From the sequence record OQ427096.1: a DNA stretch of 64,000 nucleotides; one strand, written 5' to 3'. Under the pieces are notes generated by a model that worked only from the letters and a program-made list of their open reading frames with translations, was not told the origin of the DNA and did no database searches. Below are positions 62,040-64,000 of the stretch, one piece after another. Position 1 is the stretch's first letter, and each line of letters begins with the position of its first letter. Both the position numbers and the translations under genes were made by a program.

Positions 62040-64000
62040 ATGGGCAGAAAAGAAATCAACGTAACAAAGAGAAACGGCAAGCGTGAGCCGTATGATGTGG
62101 CAAAGATTCAACGCCAGATCGAATACGCATGTGATGGGATTGCTAATGTATCGCAGTCCATGATTGAACTCTCGATGAACCTCGAGTTGTTTGACGGGAT
62201 CAAGACATCTGACATTGATGAGCTGGCTATCCGAGCAGCCGTGAACCTGATCCTCAGCGAAGAGGGTCACACCAACTACCAATACGTTGCAGGTCGTCTG
62301 GCATCATACGCTCTCCGCAAGGAAGTCTATGGTCAGTATGAAGTGCCTTCGCTGTTCTCGATTGTGAAGAAGAACGTAGCCAAGGGCCTCTACTCGGATG
62401 AACTGCTGACCTGGTACTCGGAAGATGAGTGGAACCTCATTGAGACCTTTGTTGACCACACCAAGGATGAACGCTTGTCTCATGCTGCAATTCAGCAGTT
62501 GGTAGACAAGTATCTGGTTCGCAATCGCTCCACAAAGGAATACGTTGAGACCCCTCAGATTCGCTACATCGTAGCTGCGGCAACGGCAATGCACGCTGAG
62601 CCTGCAAAGCAGCGCATGAAGCGAATCAACGAATACTACAAGCAGGCTTCCAATGGCGAATTCACCCTCCCAACTCCTGTCCTTGCCGGTCTTGGCACAC
62701 CAACTAAGCAGTTCTCAAGCTGTGTCCTACTTCGTTCTGACGACACTCTCGACTCTATCTTCGCTACTGGCGAGATGGTGGCAAAGTATTCGGCAAAGCG
62801 AGCTGGTATTGGGCTTGAAATCGGTCGTCTTCGCCCCGCCGGTGCACCTATCCGCGGAGGCGAGATTGCTCATACAGGCTTGACCCTCTTCATCAAGAAG
62901 TGGTTCAGTGATATGCGTAGCTGCTCGCAGGGTGGCATCCGCAATTCGTCTGCGACACTCACCTACCCGATTTGGCACTACGAGTTTGAGGAACTGATCG
63001 TTCTGAAGAACAACCAGGGTACAGAAGAGAATCGTGTTCGTCACTTTGACTACTCAGTTGTCACCTGCAAGTATCTATGGAATCGTTTCCGTAATCAGGA
63101 GATGATGACCTTCTTCGATCCGAATGAAGTTCCTGACCTGTACGAAGCATACTACCGTGATCAGGCTGAGTTTGTTCGTCTCTACGAGAAGTATGAGAAG
63201 CAGGATGGACTGCGCAAGCGCCAGCTCAATGCAGCAGATGCCTTCGGTGCATTCCTCACTGAACGCTCAGACACCGGTCGCATCTTCGAGGTCTACATCG
63301 ACAACGTGATTGATCAGGGTCCGGTAGATTCCCAGACATGGCCTATCTATCAGTCAAACCTGTGTCAGGAAATCTTGCTACCTACGCGTCCGTTCCAGCG
63401 TTTGGAAGATGAAGAAGGTCGTATCGCACTCTGCACTCTGGGTTCGATCGTGCTGGGCAAGTTCAAGAAGCCTCAGGATATGCGAGGCGCATGCCGTACT
63501 CTGGTTCGCAGCCTCGACAACTTGCTGTCCTATCAGATCTTCCTGTCACCACAGGCTGCGAATGCAAATGAAGACTTCCGTCCTCTGGGCATTGGCATCA
63601 CTGACCTTGCACACTGGCACGCTCAACGTGGCTACACCTACGGTCAGCCTGAAGCACTTGCTGAGTTTGCAAAGTGGATGGAGCACATTCACTACTATTG
63701 CATCGAGGCTTCGATTGAACTAGCCGAAGAGCGTGGACCGTGTAAGGAATGGAAGAACACTTCGTATGCAGAAGGCATTCTGCCTATCGACAAGCGTTCA
63801 CCAAACCTGGATGAAGTCCACAAGATTGAGTTGACTCTGGACTTCGATGCTCTACGTGAGCGTGTTAAAGTTTCGGGCATCCGTAATGGCCTCCTGCAGG
63901 CAACGGCGCCAGTTGAAAGCTCGTCGGTTGTGGTTGATTCGTCGAATGGTATGGCTCTGCCTAAGGCACTGATCTCTACCAAGGAATCCAAGGGTAGCTC
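62040..64000 (+). CDS. nrdA: Class Ia ribonucleotide reductase large subunit with ATP cone (truncated at the window end)
   Basis: VTKRNG ATP cone, TLPTPVLAG, FSSCVL, GIRN, KNNQG, QSNLCQE, LCTL, RPLGIG. Confidence 0.97.
   Translation, partial: MGRKEINVTKRNGKREPYDVAKIQRQIEYACDGIANVSQSMIELSMNLELFDGIKTSDIDELAIRAAVNLILSEEGHTNYQYVAGRLASYALRKEVYGQYEVPSLFSIVKKNVAKGLYSDELLTWYSEDEWNLIETFVDHTKDERLSHAAIQQLVDKYLVRNRSTKEYVETPQIRYIVAAATAMHAEPAKQRMKRINEYYKQASNGEFTLPTPVLAGLGTPTKQFSSCVLLRSDDTLDSIFATGEMVAKYSAKRAGIGLEIGRLRPAGAPIRGGEIAHTGLTLFIKKWFSDMRSCSQGGIRNSSATLTYPIWHYEFEELIVLKNNQGTEENRVRHFDYSVVTCKYLWNRFRNQEMMTFFDPNEVPDLYEAYYRDQAEFVRLYEKYEKQDGLRKRQLNAADAFGAFLTERSDTGRIFEVYIDNVIDQGPVDSQTWPIYQSNLCQEILLPTRPFQRLEDEEGRIALCTLGSIVLGKFKKPQDMRGACRTLVRSLDNLLSYQIFLSPQAANANEDFRPLGIGITDLAHWHAQRGYTYGQPEALAEFAKWMEHIHYYCIEASIELAEERGPCKEWKNTSYAEGILPIDKRSPNLDEVHKIELTLDFDALRERVKVSGIRNGLLQATAPVESSSVVVDSSNGMALPKALISTKESKGS

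Noticed and set aside
62040-64000. Intron or intein in nrdA, pol or helicase
   Set aside because: Reading frames are continuous with expected lengths, and no C/S...HN splice motifs or LAGLIDADG/HNH inserts are visible.

Overview
This window is 64 kb of a T4-like (gp41/gp43/gp32/gp33/gp59/gp61/gp62/RegA/UvsX) lytic myophage of a Gram-negative host. The spanins, IHF-like sites, an NrdR-like box and a two-piece tmRNA point to a proteobacterial host. Around the replication core lie several accessory modules: (i) a 7-deazaguanine DNA-modification cluster (folE, queD-like, queE, dpdA-like) with no recognisable queC, interleaved with a PAPS-reductase-like ATP pyrophosphatase, a PIG-L-type deacetylase and a GT-B glycosyltransferase, which suggests a glycosylated deazaguanine; (ii) a pol-beta nucleotidyltransferase / PD-(D/E)XK / ligase-fold / HxGH nucleotidyltransferase block; (iii) tail hub genes with a probable -1 frameshift; (iv) two separate spanin pairs; (v) a 1395-aa Alt-like protein with a PARP-type H-Y-E domain; (vi) two NAD modules (NadM-Nudix plus NadV, and an HxGH-NTase/PRTase fusion with a 2OG-Fe(II) oxygenase and NadE); (vii) a nucleotidyltransferase followed by four small W-x-x-S-x(1-3)-C-terminated paralogues; (viii) a translation toolkit: a permuted tmRNA with an in-frame amber codon in its tag frame, a Pth2-like protein, an EF-Ts N-terminal-like mini-protein and four tRNAs; and (ix) a ~400-nt highly structured non-coding region. 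nrdA runs off the right end. All calls come from motif recognition by eye; no database searches or folding programs were run.
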